Positions 13,180 through 28,550 of a stretch of 64,000 nucleotides of DNA are shown piece by piece. The DNA is from Chiloscyllium plagiosum (lineage: Eukaryota). The position numbers and the translations under genes were made by a program. The stretch is from assembly GCF_004010195.1 (NCBI RefSeq), contig NC_057729.1:4339802-4403801 (forward strand), written 5' to 3'. Below the pieces are notes generated by a model, which saw only the letters and a program-made list of their open reading frames with translations, had not been told where the DNA came from and did no database searches. Every line of letters starts with the position of its first letter. Within the stretch, counting starts at the first letter, position 1.

Positions 13180-14549
13180 GTAAGGAATCCCGCCACCCAG
13201 AGGATTTGATGTTGTCTATGCAACTGTCCATTGCACTGACTGAAAGTTTGAGGGGGAGAGAACCCAAGCACAAAGGTGTTGATCTTTTTGGAGAGAATCA
13301 TTGATCCCGTAGAACCATTGAGTAAGCTACAAATTATTAAAGATCTATGGGGTTAGTTGCTGTTCCATGCTGAGACAGCACGCCACTTTTATTTCACTTT
13401 TAACTGTTTGCTCTTAATTTCTCAATCTGACAGATGTGGTCTGCTGCACTGCCGTCTTTGATAGTCACCAGATTTCTACACTTAAAAGCTTCAGTCCCTG
13501 TTCTTTAAACTTCTAGGGTCTGAAAAATTGGTTTAAAAAATGCTGTCTGATTGGAGTAAAATAGCTGCTGTTTCAATGGCAAAAAAATCCATCGTTGAGG
13601 GACAGCCTTTTCTAAACCTTAAGAGATGAGTACTTTTCAAAAAGCTAAGTCTAAAGGCTGATAATTCAGACAAGAATGCAAAGTAGAAATGAAATATCAA
13701 GCTAAGTAAAAAAAAATCACAAACAGGATCTTGGATACTCTTGAGTTTTGCCATTTCTCTGCTCACCCATTCATTTTAACAGGCATGGACAGACGATTGT
13801 GGGCTGCTGAGTGCATCAGAAGATTATGATCTTGCTTAGAAATTAAAATCAGAATTTAAAAGTAGATAGCAAAAGAGGGAAGAGAAACAGCTGACTAAGA
13901 AGTAAAACAAAATGGTAACTTAACAAAGGCAATAGATAGATTAGGAAGTAAGGGATGAAAGTAGTCAATCAAATGTGACACTTGTATACCACTGCCAGAT
14001 ATATTCCAAGTAAAACAGAGGGATGAGAAGAATACATTTTAGTTCAGTATATGATGGGTAATAAAAGCAAAATGCTGGGAGTACTCCAATAGATTTGGAT
14101 GTGTATGAAAGAAAGAGTTAATATTTGAAGCTGATGGCCTTTTTTCCAGAGTTTTCAAATACAGCAACAGATGACCAGGAGATCCTGGATTTATGATACC
14201 AAAGAATTAATGATATTAAGAACACATCTTGAGGAAGTAGTATCCTTAAGATGAAGGAAAGGAGTATTACAAAGGGTTCGGATTTAAAACCACACCAACT
14301 TTGAAGGGAGAAGGAAGTAATTGGTAAGAATAGGATAGAGGAAATTATTTGCTGATACATTGGTCAACCAATAGCTGGATCTATTAACGGTATGTGTTAA
14401 TACTTCACACTCTCTCATCAAGAATCAGACATTTATGTCACAGGAGACTATTTAGCCCATTGTTTCTGTACTGGCTCTTTACTGCATCAATCCAAAATAA
14501 ATACAATTATACGCTTTCTCCTCATCTTTCCCTGCCTTGTAATATCTCT

Positions 14550-14827
14550 GGGACACCCGGACCAACCAACCCAACCACCCTGTAGCTCAACATTTCAATT
14601 CCCCCTCCCACTCCACCAAGGATATGCAGGTCTTTGGACTCCTCCATCGTCAGACCACAGCAAAACGACGGTTGGAGGAAGAACGCCTCATCTTCCGGCT
14701 AGGAACCCTCCAACCACAAGGGATGAACTCGGATTTCACCAGTTCCCTCATTTCCCCTCCCCCCAGTTCTCCTGTTCCCTAGATGCTGCCTGACCTGCTG
14801 CGCTTTTCCAGCAACACATTTCCATTT
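14550..14827 (+). mobile_element. Penelope-like element 3' fragment: GIY-YIG endonuclease C-terminus joined to the short terminal repeat
   Basis: Translates HPVAQHFNSPSHSTKDMQVFGLLH...LEEERLIFRLGTLQPQGMN, then gatgctgcctgacctgctgcgcttttccagc. 13-bp TSD TTGTAATATCTCT at 14537-14549 and 14828-14840. Confidence 0.88.
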
Positions 14828-15291
14828 TTGTAATATCTCTAGTCTGTCTTAAATACTGGAAGAGACCATTAAATATTTATTTAACTTTGTTGGAAGCTTT
14901 AGGCTGGGTTTAATGGAAGCAATATGGATCTAATCTTCTGGCTCAAAGAGCTCTGAGTTGCCTCTGTTCATGTAGGCCTTCCCCATTAAACAATAAGCAT
15001 GTAAGTGGTCGATAAGTTATTCTGGGATCAAAGGAGAATGTCCTGACGGCAGCTGGCCACTGAGGCCAGAAACTCTTCATTGCTTGGCAGTATCCTGGGA
15101 AGTGATGGCATGATGTGTGTTGCTATGGTGAAGGATGGTGTTTGTTTGACATTAATTGCCTTATTATCGACTTCAAATGGCAGTGTGAGGCTGTCCTTCA
15201 TCAGAGCAGAGGCAGGAAGGTCGCTGGGCTTCCACCCATCTACCGGATTAAATGATCCTCACCATTAACTCACTATAGAAAACACCATTAA

Positions 15292-15471
<180 letters not shown>

Positions 15472-16269
15472 TAACTTTTTTATTGCATAAGCAAATGCTT
15501 CAGTACGGCTGATTGGAATCTATAGATGAAGTAGCTCAGTGTAATTGGACCAAAGATGGAGCCTTTTTTATTTAAGTACTATTCTCCCTTCAAAAATGAG
15601 AATTCAGTCCCAGGTTTAATGTGTGCAATCTTCTGTTACTTACCACTCGGAGGTGAATGAGGTGACTGACCCTCGAGCATGTCTCGTCCAGGGAAGGAAA
15701 TTATGGAAATGGTACTTGAAAGATCATACAATGATTAGGTAGAGTCAATGTGGGTTTATGAAAGGATAATTGTATTTTCTAAAGCAGATTTTGTTTTAAA
15801 GGTTAACTACAAGGGTGGATGATCAGGAAACAGTACAAATAGTATATTTAGATTTTGGGTATTATTCATTTTGTTGAAGTACTGAGGCAATACATAGTTT
15901 TACTGATCATACAAGGCTAGTTGGAAAGTAGCTGTGTGGAGATCATAAAGAAGCTGAAGAGGGAGAAATGTAGCTTAAGATAGTAAATGAGGTGGTAGAT
16001 GGAAGAATGCAAATGTATTCACTTTGGTAGGAAGAATAGAAAACCTTTTAAATAGTGAGAAATATTAAATATTGTAATTAAGAAGAATTTGGGTATCCCT
16101 TTAACAGTTCTGCAACTACTGATTTGTTCAACCTCACCTTCACTATTTAATCCCCTAGTCCCCATTATTCTCTCTCATTCTGGCCTAAAAAGGCTTTCCA
16201 CTCTGCTTGCCTAAGTTCAAAGAATACAGACATGAATATATACCACAGGCAACTAATTTAGCCCTTACT

Positions 16270-17165
16270 GTCAGATGGCCTCCTCCTTCAAGGACCACAA
16301 TTTCCCCTCCCACGTGGTCAATGATGCCCTCCAGCGCATCTCATCCATTTCCCTCACCTCTGCTGTTGAACCCCACCCTTTCAATCACAAGGACAGAACT
16401 CCCCTGGTCCTCACCTTCCACCCCACCCCATACAACACATCATCCTCTGCCATTTCGACCACGTACAAACAGATCTCACCACCAGCGATATATTTCCCTA
16501 CCCACCCTTATCTGGATTCCACAGAGACCATTCTCTCTGCGATTTCCTTGTAAGGTTCATGCCTCCCATCAATCCACCTTCCACTCCTGGCACCTTCCCT
16601 TGCCACCACAAGAGGTGTAAAACCTCTGCCCACATCTCCTCCTTGCCACCATCCAAGGCCTCAAAAGATCCTTCCATACCCAACAGATTTTCTTGCACCT
16701 CCACACTGTGTCCTTTCCTTGCGATGTGGTCTCCTGTATGCTGGACAGACAGGACGCCAACTTGCGGAACATTTTAGAGAACATCTCAGGGGACATATAC
16801 GCTAAACAATCCTACTGCCCTGTGGCCAAAGACTTCAACCCCCGCTCCCACTCTGCCAAGGTCGTGCAAATCCTGGGATGCCTCCACCACCAAATTCTAG
16901 CCACCCAACGCCTGAAGGAAGAACAACTTATCTTCTGTCTTGGGACCCTCCAACCACATGGGATCAATGTTGCTTTCACCAGTTTCCCCCACCCCACCTT
17001 ATTCCAGATCTAATCCTCCAACCCAGCACCGTCCTTTTGAACTATCCGACCTGTCCATCCGCCTTCCCATCTATTCACTCCACCGTCTGCTCTAACCTAT
17101 CACCGTCAGACTTCATCTATCTATTGCATTCCCAGCTACTCTTTTCTCTCCCCCCCCAATCTCTT
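16270..17165 (+). mobile_element. Penelope-like element fragment (RT C-terminal region, linker, GIY-YIG)
   Basis: MASSFKDHNFPSHVV, RTPLVLTFHP, GTFPCHHKRCKT, PVAKDFN, EEQLIFCLGTLQPHGIN across several frames. Confidence 0.85.
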
Positions 17166-18009
17166 CCATCTTTGTCTCCAACAGAAAATGAGGAGCTTAT
17201 GGATGTCTTGTTAGTATCTTCCGAACACTTGCAATTCCCCAGTTCAACAGGCCATCCACCTCTAAGGCCCAAGCTTCATTCTTGATGTCATTTTACATCT
17301 TTCCCTAGTTTCTCTCTCCTCACACCTTCCTGATCTCATCATGTCCATAAGGCCCACCTCTTGCTCCCTCAACCCTTTTTGATCAAATCCGCTAACCCCC
17401 ACAACTTCCCTTGGACTTATCCTAACTAGTAGAGTGACCAATTTTCTTCTCTGGGTATTGTTCCTCCCTCATGAAATCTGTTGTCATCACTCATCTGAAT
17501 AAGTCAACCCTTGATCCCACCACCCTTTCAAACTAACTGTCCATCTCCAAGCTCCTGTTCCTGTTCACAGTTGTTTAACATAATGTTACCTCCAAAACCC
17601 ATGTTCATATATACCAGAGTTTCATGCTTGAATTCTTCCAATCAAGTTCCTGGCCCTACTGCAGTATTGAATCATCTCCTATTATTCTTATAAATGAGTC
17701 AGAAACCTTCGTAACTCCTAATGTTTAAATAGTCACTTGTACTGCCATAGAGCCCAGCACTATGAGACAAAAACTGGAGAATACAATTAGGGCAGTGAGA
17801 GTGTGTGGACATGGTGGGCCAAATGGTTTCCCTCTGTGTTACAACATCTGAGTCTATAAATGACATCTATGTGATTATAAGAATGTTAAACCTTCTTTCT
17901 TTAACCTTCTCTACCTATCTGCAGCTTTTTACACCTTCAACACCTATTCACTGACCTGTAACTGCATTTGCTTAGTTCTGTACTTGTCTAAATTATACAG
18001 ATTTTTAGT

Positions 18010-19500
18010 CAGAGTCACAGCATGGAAACTGACCCTTTGGTCCATGCCAAATGAAATCCTAAACAAAATTAGTTCCACCTGCTCCTGGCCCATATTCCTA
18101 TTCATGTACCTATCCAAATGTCTTTTAAATGTTGTAATTGTACCCACATCCACCACTTCAGGAAGTTCATTCCACCTGTGAGCAACCCTCTGTGATTAAA
18201 AAAAAATTGCTTCTCATGTCTTTCTTCAAATCTCTCTTCTCTCTCCTTAAAAATGCGCCCATAGTCTTGAAATCCTCCATCCTAGGGAAAAACAACTATT
18301 ATTACCTCTATCTATATCTCTCATTATTTTATAAACTTTTATAGGTTGTGTCAACCTTCTATGCTTCAGTGGAAAAAGTCCAGGCTATTCAGCCTTTCTT
18401 TATAATTCAAACCTTCTGTATCCGGCCACATCCTGGTAAATCTCTTCTGAACCCTCTCCAGCTTAATAATATCCTTCCTATAACTGGGCAACCAAAACTG
18501 GACACAGTATTCCTGAAGAGGCCTCACCAATGTCCTGTACAACCTCAACATGATTTCCCAACTCCTATACTCAAAGGACCGAGCAAGAAGGCGAACATAC
18601 CAAATATCTTTTTAACCACCCTATCTGTATGTGATGCAAACTTCAAAGAATTATGTACCTGCTATTCTACAACACTCAAAAGGTCCTACCATTAATTGTG
18701 TAGATTAAAGTGGCGCTGGAAAAGCACAGCAGGTCAGGCAGCATCCGAGGAGCACCACTCTAATCTAGACTCTGGTTTCCAGCATCTGCAGTCCTTGTTT
18801 TTCGCCATTAATTGTGTAAGCCCTACCCTTGTTTGTACCAAAATGCAATACCTCACTTTATCCAGATTGAACTCTATCTGCCATTTTTCAGCCCATTGAC
18901 TCATCTGATAAAGATCCCTTTGTAATCTTAGAAAACCTCTTCACTGTCTATTATGCTACCCATTTTGGTGTCATCTGCAAACTTACTAACTATGCCTTCT
19001 ATATTCTCATCCAAATCATTTATATAAATGACAGACAAAACAAGACCCAGAACTGATCTCTGTGGAATACCGCTAGTGGCAAGTCTCCAGTCTGAAAAAC
19101 AACCCTCCACCACTTGTCTCCTGCTGTTAAGTCAATTATGCATCCAACTGGCGAACTTACCCTGAATCCCGTATGACCTAATGTTACTAATTAGTCTATC
19201 ATGCGGAACCTTGTCAAAGGCTTTACTAAAATCCAAATGAACAACATCTGCTCTGCCATCATCAATCTTTTTGTTACCTTCCTCAAAAGACTCAATCAAG
19301 TATGAGAGACATGAACCTTTCCTTTTTTGCCTCTAAATGTCCATAAATCTTATCTTTTATAATCATCCCCAACAATGTACCCACATCCAAAGTCAGACTC
19401 AGGTCTATAGTTACCTGGTTTCTCCTTACAACCTTTTTTTAAACAAAGGTACAACATGAACCACCCCCCAGTCATCAGGCACCTCACCTGTAGTTAAAGA
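18010..19500 (-). mobile_element. CR1 LINE fragment
   Basis: Minus-strand ORFs SGIPQRSVLG..YINDLD..SKFADDTK and YRTLVRPLQEYCVQFW. Confidence 0.9.
18703..18804. mobile_element. Short inverted Penelope terminal-repeat insertion inside the CR1
   Basis: 14-bp TSD CCATTAATTGTGTA at 18689-18702 and 18805-18818; inverted arm (gctggaaaagcacagcaggtcagg) followed by a direct tail (ccagcatctgcagtcc). Confidence 0.8.
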
Positions 19501-19529
19501 TGAGTAAATATTTATGCAGCTCCTGTACA

Positions 19530-19745
19530 GAGCTGAAAATGTGTTGCTGGAAAAGCGCAGCAGGTCAGGCAGCATCCAAGGAGCAGGAGAATCGACGTTT
19601 CAGGCATGAGCCCTTCTTCAGGAAGAAGGGCTCATGCCCGAAACGTTGATTCTCCTGCTCCTTGGATGCTGCCTGACCTGCTGCGCTTTTCCAGCAACAC
19701 ATTTTCAGCTCTGATCTCCAGCATCTGCAGTCCTCACTTTCTCCT
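19530..19745. mobile_element. Palindromic Penelope terminal-repeat insertion in tubulin intron 3
   Basis: 92-bp inverted arms 19528-19619 and 19622-19713 plus a 32-nt tail; 15-bp TSD TGCAGCTCCTGTACA at 19515-19529 and 19746-19760. Confidence 0.9.
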
Positions 19746-20713
19746 TGCAGCTCCTGTACACCCCAGATGTTCCCCAGAGATCTCTTTTTGCCCCTGTAGT
19801 TCTCATGCTGTCCTCAGCAACATCATCTTTTGACACAGTTTGTTTTCATATGTAAACAGATTACACTACTCTCCCCCACACCCCTTTCTCAGCTACTACA
19901 CTAGTGCTAAATTATAAGACTGCTTGTCTCAGGTGAGCACAAACTTCCACCAATCGCTCATTGGGAGGAATTAGGTGAATGCCTTTGATTTCTGTTCTCA
20001 ACGCCAACCTTCTGTATTTCAACAGCTGGGGCTGAACCAGACCTTAGTGATATTAGTTTTTGATCAAAAATCTATGATCATTAAGACTATTTTTACCTCT
20101 GCAACAGTGCCAAGTTATACCCCTGACCCTTGCTCACCTGTTACTGAAACCCCCTCATCCATGTCCTTGATATCTTTAAACCCAACTATTCTAAGGCTTC
20201 CCAAATTCTTTAAACCTGGGGTAATTCAAAATTCTGCTGTCCTTCTCCTTGCACTAAGTTCCATTCACCCATCACTTCTACATTTGCATTAGCTCCTGGT
20301 CAAGTACTGTCTCAATTTAAAAATTCTTGTTCATTTCAAAGACCTCCTTGGCTGCCTTCATTTCTGTAATCTCTTGAGGAACACAATTTACAAAGCATCT
20401 GCCCTCATCCAATTCTGACTTCCTGAGCATCCCTAATTGGAATTTCTCCACCATCATTGGCTGTTCAACATCTATGCCTCACTTTTTTTTTTCCCCTCCA
20501 GATTCTCCTTAAAGCCTATCTCTCTTGCTATTTGTATTTGCTGTTCATGTTGCATATATGATAGGTAATCATATGAGTCAGGCAAAAAGGACTGTTGGCT
20601 TCTGCGGAATTGTACTACCGTGTGCAAGGAAGACCTGAAGAAAATCAACCCTTCAAACATAATATTTTCAACATAGTAGTAATCAGAAATAAAAATGATT
20701 GTATAAAAATTAG

Positions 20714-21844
<1,131 letters not shown>

Positions 21845-22130
21845 GTATGGTGGGATCATCAAGAAGCCTCTCTATTGGAGAGAAAGTTGTTTTGAGTCAA
21901 CTATTGAATTCTGCTGATTCTTCCAGCCATTTAATTAAGAAGACATTGTGATGCTAATGGAAATGGAATTCCTTTTTGAAGGTTTGTGTGTGTGGTTTAA
22001 TATGATCTGTAGTTTTAAAACAATAGTGCCCACAGTAGGCTATGTTCTGAAATTCAACTTTATGAACTGGCCTGAAAAGTCTTATCCTGCAGCTGCTGAA
22101 CCTGTCTGAGTACCTTGTTTTAGTTTGTTA

Positions 22131-22345
22131 AGAAAAAGTGAGGTCTGCAGATGCTGGAGATCAGAGCTGAAAATGTGTTGCTGGAAAAGCGCAGCAGGTC
22201 AGGCAGCATCCAGGGAACAGGAGAATCGACGTTTCGGGCATAAGCCCTTCTTCCTGAAGAAGGGCTTATGCCCGAAACGTCGATTCTCCTGTTCCCTGGA
22301 TGCTGCCTGACCTGCTGTGCTTTTCCAGCAACACATTTTCAGCTC
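22131..22345. mobile_element. Palindromic Penelope terminal-repeat insertion downstream of the tubulin stop
   Basis: 92-bp arms 22162-22253 and 22256-22347 with a 31-nt tail on the left; 15-bp TSD TGTTTTAGTTTGTTA at 22116-22130 and 22346-22360. Confidence 0.92.
22251..22285 (+). ncRNA. Minimal type I hammerhead ribozyme motif (PLE-associated)
   Basis: CTGAAGA-A-GGGC(TTAT)GCCC-GAAA-CGTC with an intact core; stem I is weak in this copy. Confidence 0.6.
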
Positions 22346-22383
22346 TGTTTTAGTTTGTTAGATTGGTAATTTGTGTGCTTCTA

Positions 22384-22389
22384 AATAAA
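22384..22389 (+). terminator. Candidate polyadenylation signal of the tubulin gene
   Basis: First AATAAA I found after the stop; another lies at 23168-23173. Confidence 0.5.
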
Positions 22390-24295
22390 GATACCTTGTC
22401 AGTTCTGGTGTTGACATACAGCCTTTTAAACTCCTTTACTGATTGTTTTACGGGCTTTCAGGCAGTAAAACAATCTCTAAAATGGGAAGCAGATTGCAGA
22501 TTGGCAACTGCAACAAGGAGGGCAGTGAGAGATTTGCCCTTCATTCATTAAAGTACTAGTATGATCCCTTTTTACTTGCAGACTATTTTGTTTATTTTCT
22601 CTCTTCAGCTGAGATAAAGTAAGGATACTTCTAAAAACTATTAAATGTAACAATCGGGCACTATAGCTTTAGATGTAGTCAGTTGTTTTAAAAAGGAAAT
22701 GTAATTAATAACAAAACCTTCCCTAGAAGAGTAGCATAAAGCACTGTTCAGTAATAAGTGTTGAGATCAGATGGTGTTATGTTGATTTGAGATGCAGAGG
22801 TAGACCTTGGAACAGAGGTTTTCAACTCCATGAACTGCCAAAGAGCCCTCAACAGGTTCATACAGCTCTTTCTGGATCGGTGATTGTTCTCTATATTGCA
22901 TGCCTATCTAAGTTTGTCTTTCTGCGATGTTTGTACTGTGAAAATCAAATCATTCAAATAAATCAATACAACTTCTTTCTTTGTTTTTTTTCTTCTCCAG
23001 CTGATTAAAGGGTACTGACTGTAACTACAGTTGCTTGCTTTTACCAAAATTGAGTCAGAGTGGAGAAACATGGGGAATGGCAAAAAGTTCAATCAAATCA
23101 AAACCATGATTCCTTTCTGCTGATAAAAATCTGGATATACAGCACCTTGATACTGATCCAGAAATGAAATAAAAGGCCTTTTAATTTTAAAAGTTATTTT
23201 GAGGTGCAATTATGTAGATAAATGCAGCAGCCATTTTGTATGCATTGAAATGCAGAGAATGACAATGAATTGAATGTCTGAGTTATCTCCTTTTAGACAT
23301 GGGTTCATCAATCAAATCTTGCATACTCAGGAGTCCATTTGGGCCATTGTGTCTGTGCTGGCTGTTTCAAAGAACTGTAATTTATTCACATGTCCCAATC
23401 TTTTCTCCATTTTTGTATAAATTGAGAATGCTCTTCAAGTACATGTTCAATCATCTTTTGAAAGATGGTATGAAATCTTGTTCCATCGTTCTTCTAGCCA
23501 ATTATTTATCATTTATGACCTCTGGTTACCAAGTCTTTTATTACAGATGCAATACCTGATACTCCAACAGAGGCCTAAATAGATTTATAAAGGTTTAGCA
23601 TGACTTTTCTAAAGACATAGAACAGTGGAACACAGGATTTTTGTATTCAGTGACACAAAAGTCAAGTCCCTGTAGACTTTCCTGAACGCTTTATTATCTT
23701 GCTCTGCCACTGTCAAAGATTCTTCTGCTCATACATTGCTCATGTCTTGCCATCTTGTTTTTTCCATACACTTGCCACTGAACTGTATTAAAATGCATGG
23801 CTAAAGAGGGAAGTTGCTCTAAACACCATTAGAATCTCCTATTCTGTTCCAAAAAGTAGACAGAATATTGGAATGCACAAGAGCATTATTCATGTTAGAT
23901 TATTCTGTTCGTGTTGCAAAACAGAACAAACCACCAAAAACTGCATGAGGACTGTAATGACCCATGCCTTTATATGTATACAGGTATCTAAGAGATTAGA
24001 AGAGACCCCTGAAAAACTAGGGTCAACTTGTACACGAGGTATTTGAAAAATAGCAGCATTTTTGGCCAAAAATAAGGGGTTTACTTATATGAGAGATTGA
24101 CCTACACATGAGTATATATGGTAGTTTATTTTAGAAATTTCTAAACGGACTACAAAGTAGACAGGTGGCAACTAAGATGTTAAGGGTGACATTTTCTTCT
24201 TTGGTCCAACCATTATGAGACTTAGCTTAATGTTGTTACATTGTTCATTACACTTCAGAGATTCTGTAGCCTTATCTAGAACATTGATATTGATA

Positions 24296-24621
24296 GGGCA
24301 GCACGGTGGCTCAGTGGTTAGCAATGCTGCCTCACAGCACCAGGAACCCAGATTCAATTCCAGCCTTGAGCAACTGTCTGGGTGGAATTTGCACATTCTT
24401 CCTATGTCTGCATGGGTTTCCTCCCACAATCCAAAAATGTGCAGGTTAGGTGAATTGGCCATACTAAATTGCCCAGTGTTCAGGGATGTGTAGGTTCGGT
24501 GCATTAGTCGGGGGTAAACGTACGGGAATGGATCTGGGTGGATTACTCTTCAGAGTGTCAGTGTGGAGTTGTTGGGCTAAAGGGCCTGTTTCCACGTTGT
24601 AGGGACTATATGATTCTATGA
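24296..24621 (+). mobile_element. tRNA-derived SINE (shark HE1/V-SINE-like)
   Basis: A box (tggctcagtggttagc), B-box-like agattcaattcc, body gaatttgcacattcttcc, and CR1-like 3' tail. Confidence 0.88.
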
Positions 24622-25021
24622 TATCAGAAATACCTGATTGGAATTCGTACCTCGAGCCAAAATCTAACTTGCTTCTTTGCTCCCTAACAATGGTTATTTG
24701 GGTACCTACACATTTCAGTTAGACCAGGAGGAGCCGGGTTCAAACCCATTTCCATTATCTAATCAATTACAGTGGCAATTGATCAGACATTAGAGAGGAG
24801 GAAAGTTACCACCTCGTAGAAACTGTGATGTTGGGGATGAGGACTGCAGCAGATTGCAATCTGACCTGCCCCATTATTTTTGATACACTTTATAAGCTCA
24901 TTTATGAAAAATGGTCAGTTGGGCAAAGAACAACGAGATAGCAGCTCTAACCAAATATGTCTAATCCTTCAGGAAATGCAAAATAAAGTTAATTCAAAAA
25001 CTAATTCAAAGCTTGCATTAA

Positions 25022-25150
25022 AGTTCTGATGAAAGGTCAGTGACCTGGAACACATTTTTTCTGTCTCCACAGGTGCTGCTGGACCTGCAGAGTATTTCCA
25101 GCATTGTGTATTTCTATTTGATTTCCAGAATCTGCAATTTCTTGCTTTTG
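25022..25150 (+). mobile_element. Older PLE terminal repeat with degenerate hammerhead
   Basis: agtt-CTGATGA-A-AGGTC(AGT)GACCT-GGAAC, then ctccacaggtgctgctggacctgcagagtatttccagca. Confidence 0.65.
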
Positions 25151-26489
25151 AATGGAAGAATTCATCATGGTCTTGGTGTTAAAATGCATTTCTTTATCGG
25201 AAGGCAATTCACATACCATAAAGTCATCAAGTAATTTTACCGAGTCTGTGACTATAAGTGAATTGCTGGTTTCATGCAGAAAATATTAGTTGCAATTTCA
25301 AAATGAAAACTTCTTTGTGGAGCTGATCTCCTTTATCGATACAGTTTGAAAGTATTTACATTGCAGTGGCTTTTCAATATTGCAATTTACTATTCTTGCT
25401 ATTGATCCCTTCACTGCTCACTTCCCCATGGGAATGGATGAGAATAAACACCAGCTTTCCTGATCTGTCTAATTTCCTTAGATTCACCCAGCAGAAATTG
25501 GACTTATTCCATTGAATGTGCAGTGACTGTTGGTATTGGGACTGTCAGGATGTGTATTTATTGATATGTACAGTATACACATATATAAGTACAAAGGGAG
25601 TGGAGTTGGCACAGCGAAATGGCTCTTTCAGAGTCACAATAGATTTTATGCACCTCCTGTGTTGTGACAACTCTGATTCAATTTTATATGTTGTAGTGCA
25701 TCACCACCATGCCTCTGATTTTGATTTGATTATAAATTAATTTGTTCTCACCTTCACAAAATGAAGCTGCAGAATCTCATCGTTCACAATTTAAATTTGT
25801 TTGTGAATGGGACAGACAGGAAAGGCTATTAATCCAGTCATGTCAGTACAGCTGTATCAAATTTCAACAGGCTTAAACTGCAGTAATAATAGAACTTGAG
25901 AAACAAACTGAGATCTTGAGTTGTGACAGCTGTTACCCCAGCTGCCAAGTCAGTTACTGTAGTGTATAGATTTCCCAAATTATGGAAATGTCAGAAAAAC
26001 ATTCGACACCTCTCTACACCAATTGTAGCAGCCAAAATACTGCACTTGCTAAGACTGGCCAGTGGACAAGGGATGGAACCTAGACTGATCTGTAGTTTCA
26101 TGGACAGCTGGCTGTTTCCACTAGCTCCAATGTTAATAGTTAGGAAACTCTCACAATTCTGAAATGTCTAATGTACTTCAGGTAAGGAAAACTGTCATTT
26201 TTACCTGCTCTGGTCTACATGTGACACCAGACCCATCAGAAATGTGTTGACTCATAACTGCTCTGTGAAATGACCTAACAAGCTATTCAGTTGTGTCAAC
26301 TGCTAAAATGTCTCAAAAAAAGAAATGAAACTGGATGGGCCACCTGATACTGACCAAGACACTGAAAATGACACGAGCAGACTCCAGCCTGAAAAGTCTT
26401 GCTTACTAACCTGTGGGGTCCAGTACCAAAATTGGAATAACTACTTCATAGGTGAGTCACGCAACATTCTGGCACAGTCATACTCACCA

Positions 26490-28550
26490 TGTCATAATTC
26501 TCCCGCAAGGCGACAAAACCTTTTTTCATCTACCCTGTCAAGTCCTATAATAATCTTGTATTTTTTAATAAGGTCATCTCCGATTCTTCTATATTCTAAC
26601 AAGTACAGCCCCAAACTATTCAATCTCTCCTCAGAAGACCGTTCCTGGTATCAGCCTAGTGAACCTCTTCTGGGCTTGCTGCAATGCTAGTATATCTTTT
26701 CTTAAATAAGAAGCTCAAAACAGTTCACAGTATTCCAGCTGTAGTCAGACTACTACCTTTGAGCAAAACTTCCCTATCTTTGTACTTCATTCCCTTTGAA
26801 ATAAAGGGCAACATTTCATTTGCCTTTCCTAATACCCACTGAATTTTGATGTTCTCTTTTTGTGATTCATGGACAAGAACTCCCAAATCCCTCTCCTCAG
26901 TATTCAGCTTCTCTGTTCCTCCAACCAAACTGCATAATTTCACATTACTCCACATTATATTCCATTTGCAAAGCTTTTGCCCACTCAATTAACCTGTCTA
27001 TAGCCCTCTGTAGACTGGTGGCATCCTCACTGCTTGTCTTCCCACCTATTTTTATGTCACCTGCAAACTTGATTTAGTTCATTCATTTTCTTCATCCAAG
27101 TCATTAATACATACTGTATATAATTGTGGCTCCAGCACTGATCCCTGTGGCCCACTTCCAATTACAGATTGCCACCCTGAAAATGCCCCATATCCCAACT
27201 GTCCTCTATCAGTTCATCAATCCTCTACACTTACTAAATAGAGTACATTAAATAGACTAATGTACAGAACCAGATCAAATGCCTTCTGAATATTGTATCC
27301 ACTGATTCCCCTATATCTATCCTGTGTGTTAACTCCTCAAAGAATTCTATTTTCCCTTCATGAAGCCATACTAACAGTGCTTGATCATACTATGTATTTA
27401 AGTGTTCTGCAATTACATTCTTTATAATAGATTGTAACATTTTCCCAACAATAGATATTAACTCGTCTGTGCTGACCAGATATTCTAAATTAATCAGTCC
27501 AATTTGCCTGCATTTGGCCCATATCTGTCTAATCCATTACTCTTCATATACCCCATCCAGATACCTTTTTAAATGTCATAATTGTGCCAGCCTCCACCAC
27601 TTCCTCTGGTAGCCTACTCCGTACATAAACCACCCTCTATGTAAAAAAATTGCCTCTTAGGTCACTTTTAAATCTTTCCCCTCTCACCTTATAACTATGC
27701 CCTCTTGTTTTGGACTCCCCTTCCCTGAGAAGATGACATGACTTGGCAATTCACCCTATCCACATCCCTCATGATTTTATAAACCTCTAAAGTCATCCCT
27801 CAACCTTTGACGCTCCAGGGAAAATAGCCCTAGCTTATTCAGTCTCTCCATATAGCTCAAATGCTTCACATACTTGTAAATCTTTTCTGCGCCCTTTCAA
27901 GTTTAACAACATCTTCCCTATTTAAATACAGGTGTTATGTTCTAAGTTTTCCAATCCTATGGCAGTTTTCTAGAATGTAAGAAGATTACTACCAGTGCAT
28001 CTACTATCTCTGGAGCTGCTTACATCAAATATTCATTGGTCTTTAGCCCCATGAAATTTCCTAGAACATTTTAGCTATTGATAGTTATTATATTTATTTC
28101 CTCCCCACCTTTTTCCCTGGAATATTTAGTAATTTTGGAATGCTGTTTGTGTCTTCTGCGTGAAGACTGAGCAGAATATTTGTTCAACCCTTCTGTAGTG
28201 TTCAGTCTAATTTTCCAAAACCATAAGTTAATCCTGTGATCAGCATGCTGCTCTGTGCGGAACTTTGGAGCAGCTGCATGTGTACGCAACTTAGAGGGAA
28301 CTTTGTTCACCATTATTACTTCCCTAGCCTTATTCTCGAAAGGGCCCACATTCACTTCAGCTTCTCTCTTCCTTCTTTACAGAAGTTCTTGGTAATCTTA
28401 ACTTCCCTAGTTAACCATGATTGGCTATCTGCTTCCTGGAACCTTCTTCCTGACTGGAATATGTCTTTGTTGTGGCCATGCACTATTTTCTGTTATTGTT
28501 CCTCAACCAACTTTGCTGTTTAACTCCTTTCCCAGTCCACTGTAGTCAGC
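26490..28550 (-). mobile_element. Decayed CR1 LINE with a nested CR1 3' fragment (about 27470-27920)
   Basis: ERDLGVLVHESQK, MNVGPFENKAREVIM and cctgcaaactt (KFA) remnants. Confidence 0.8.

Noticed and set aside
22131-22345. MITE or pre-miRNA interpretation of the palindromes
   Set aside because: Asymmetric ends, variable 10-15-bp TSDs, single-arm copies and linkage to a GIY-YIG ORF point to a PLE origin.
24296-24370. tRNA-like A/B boxes
   Set aside because: Head of a SINE with body and tail; not a tRNA gene.
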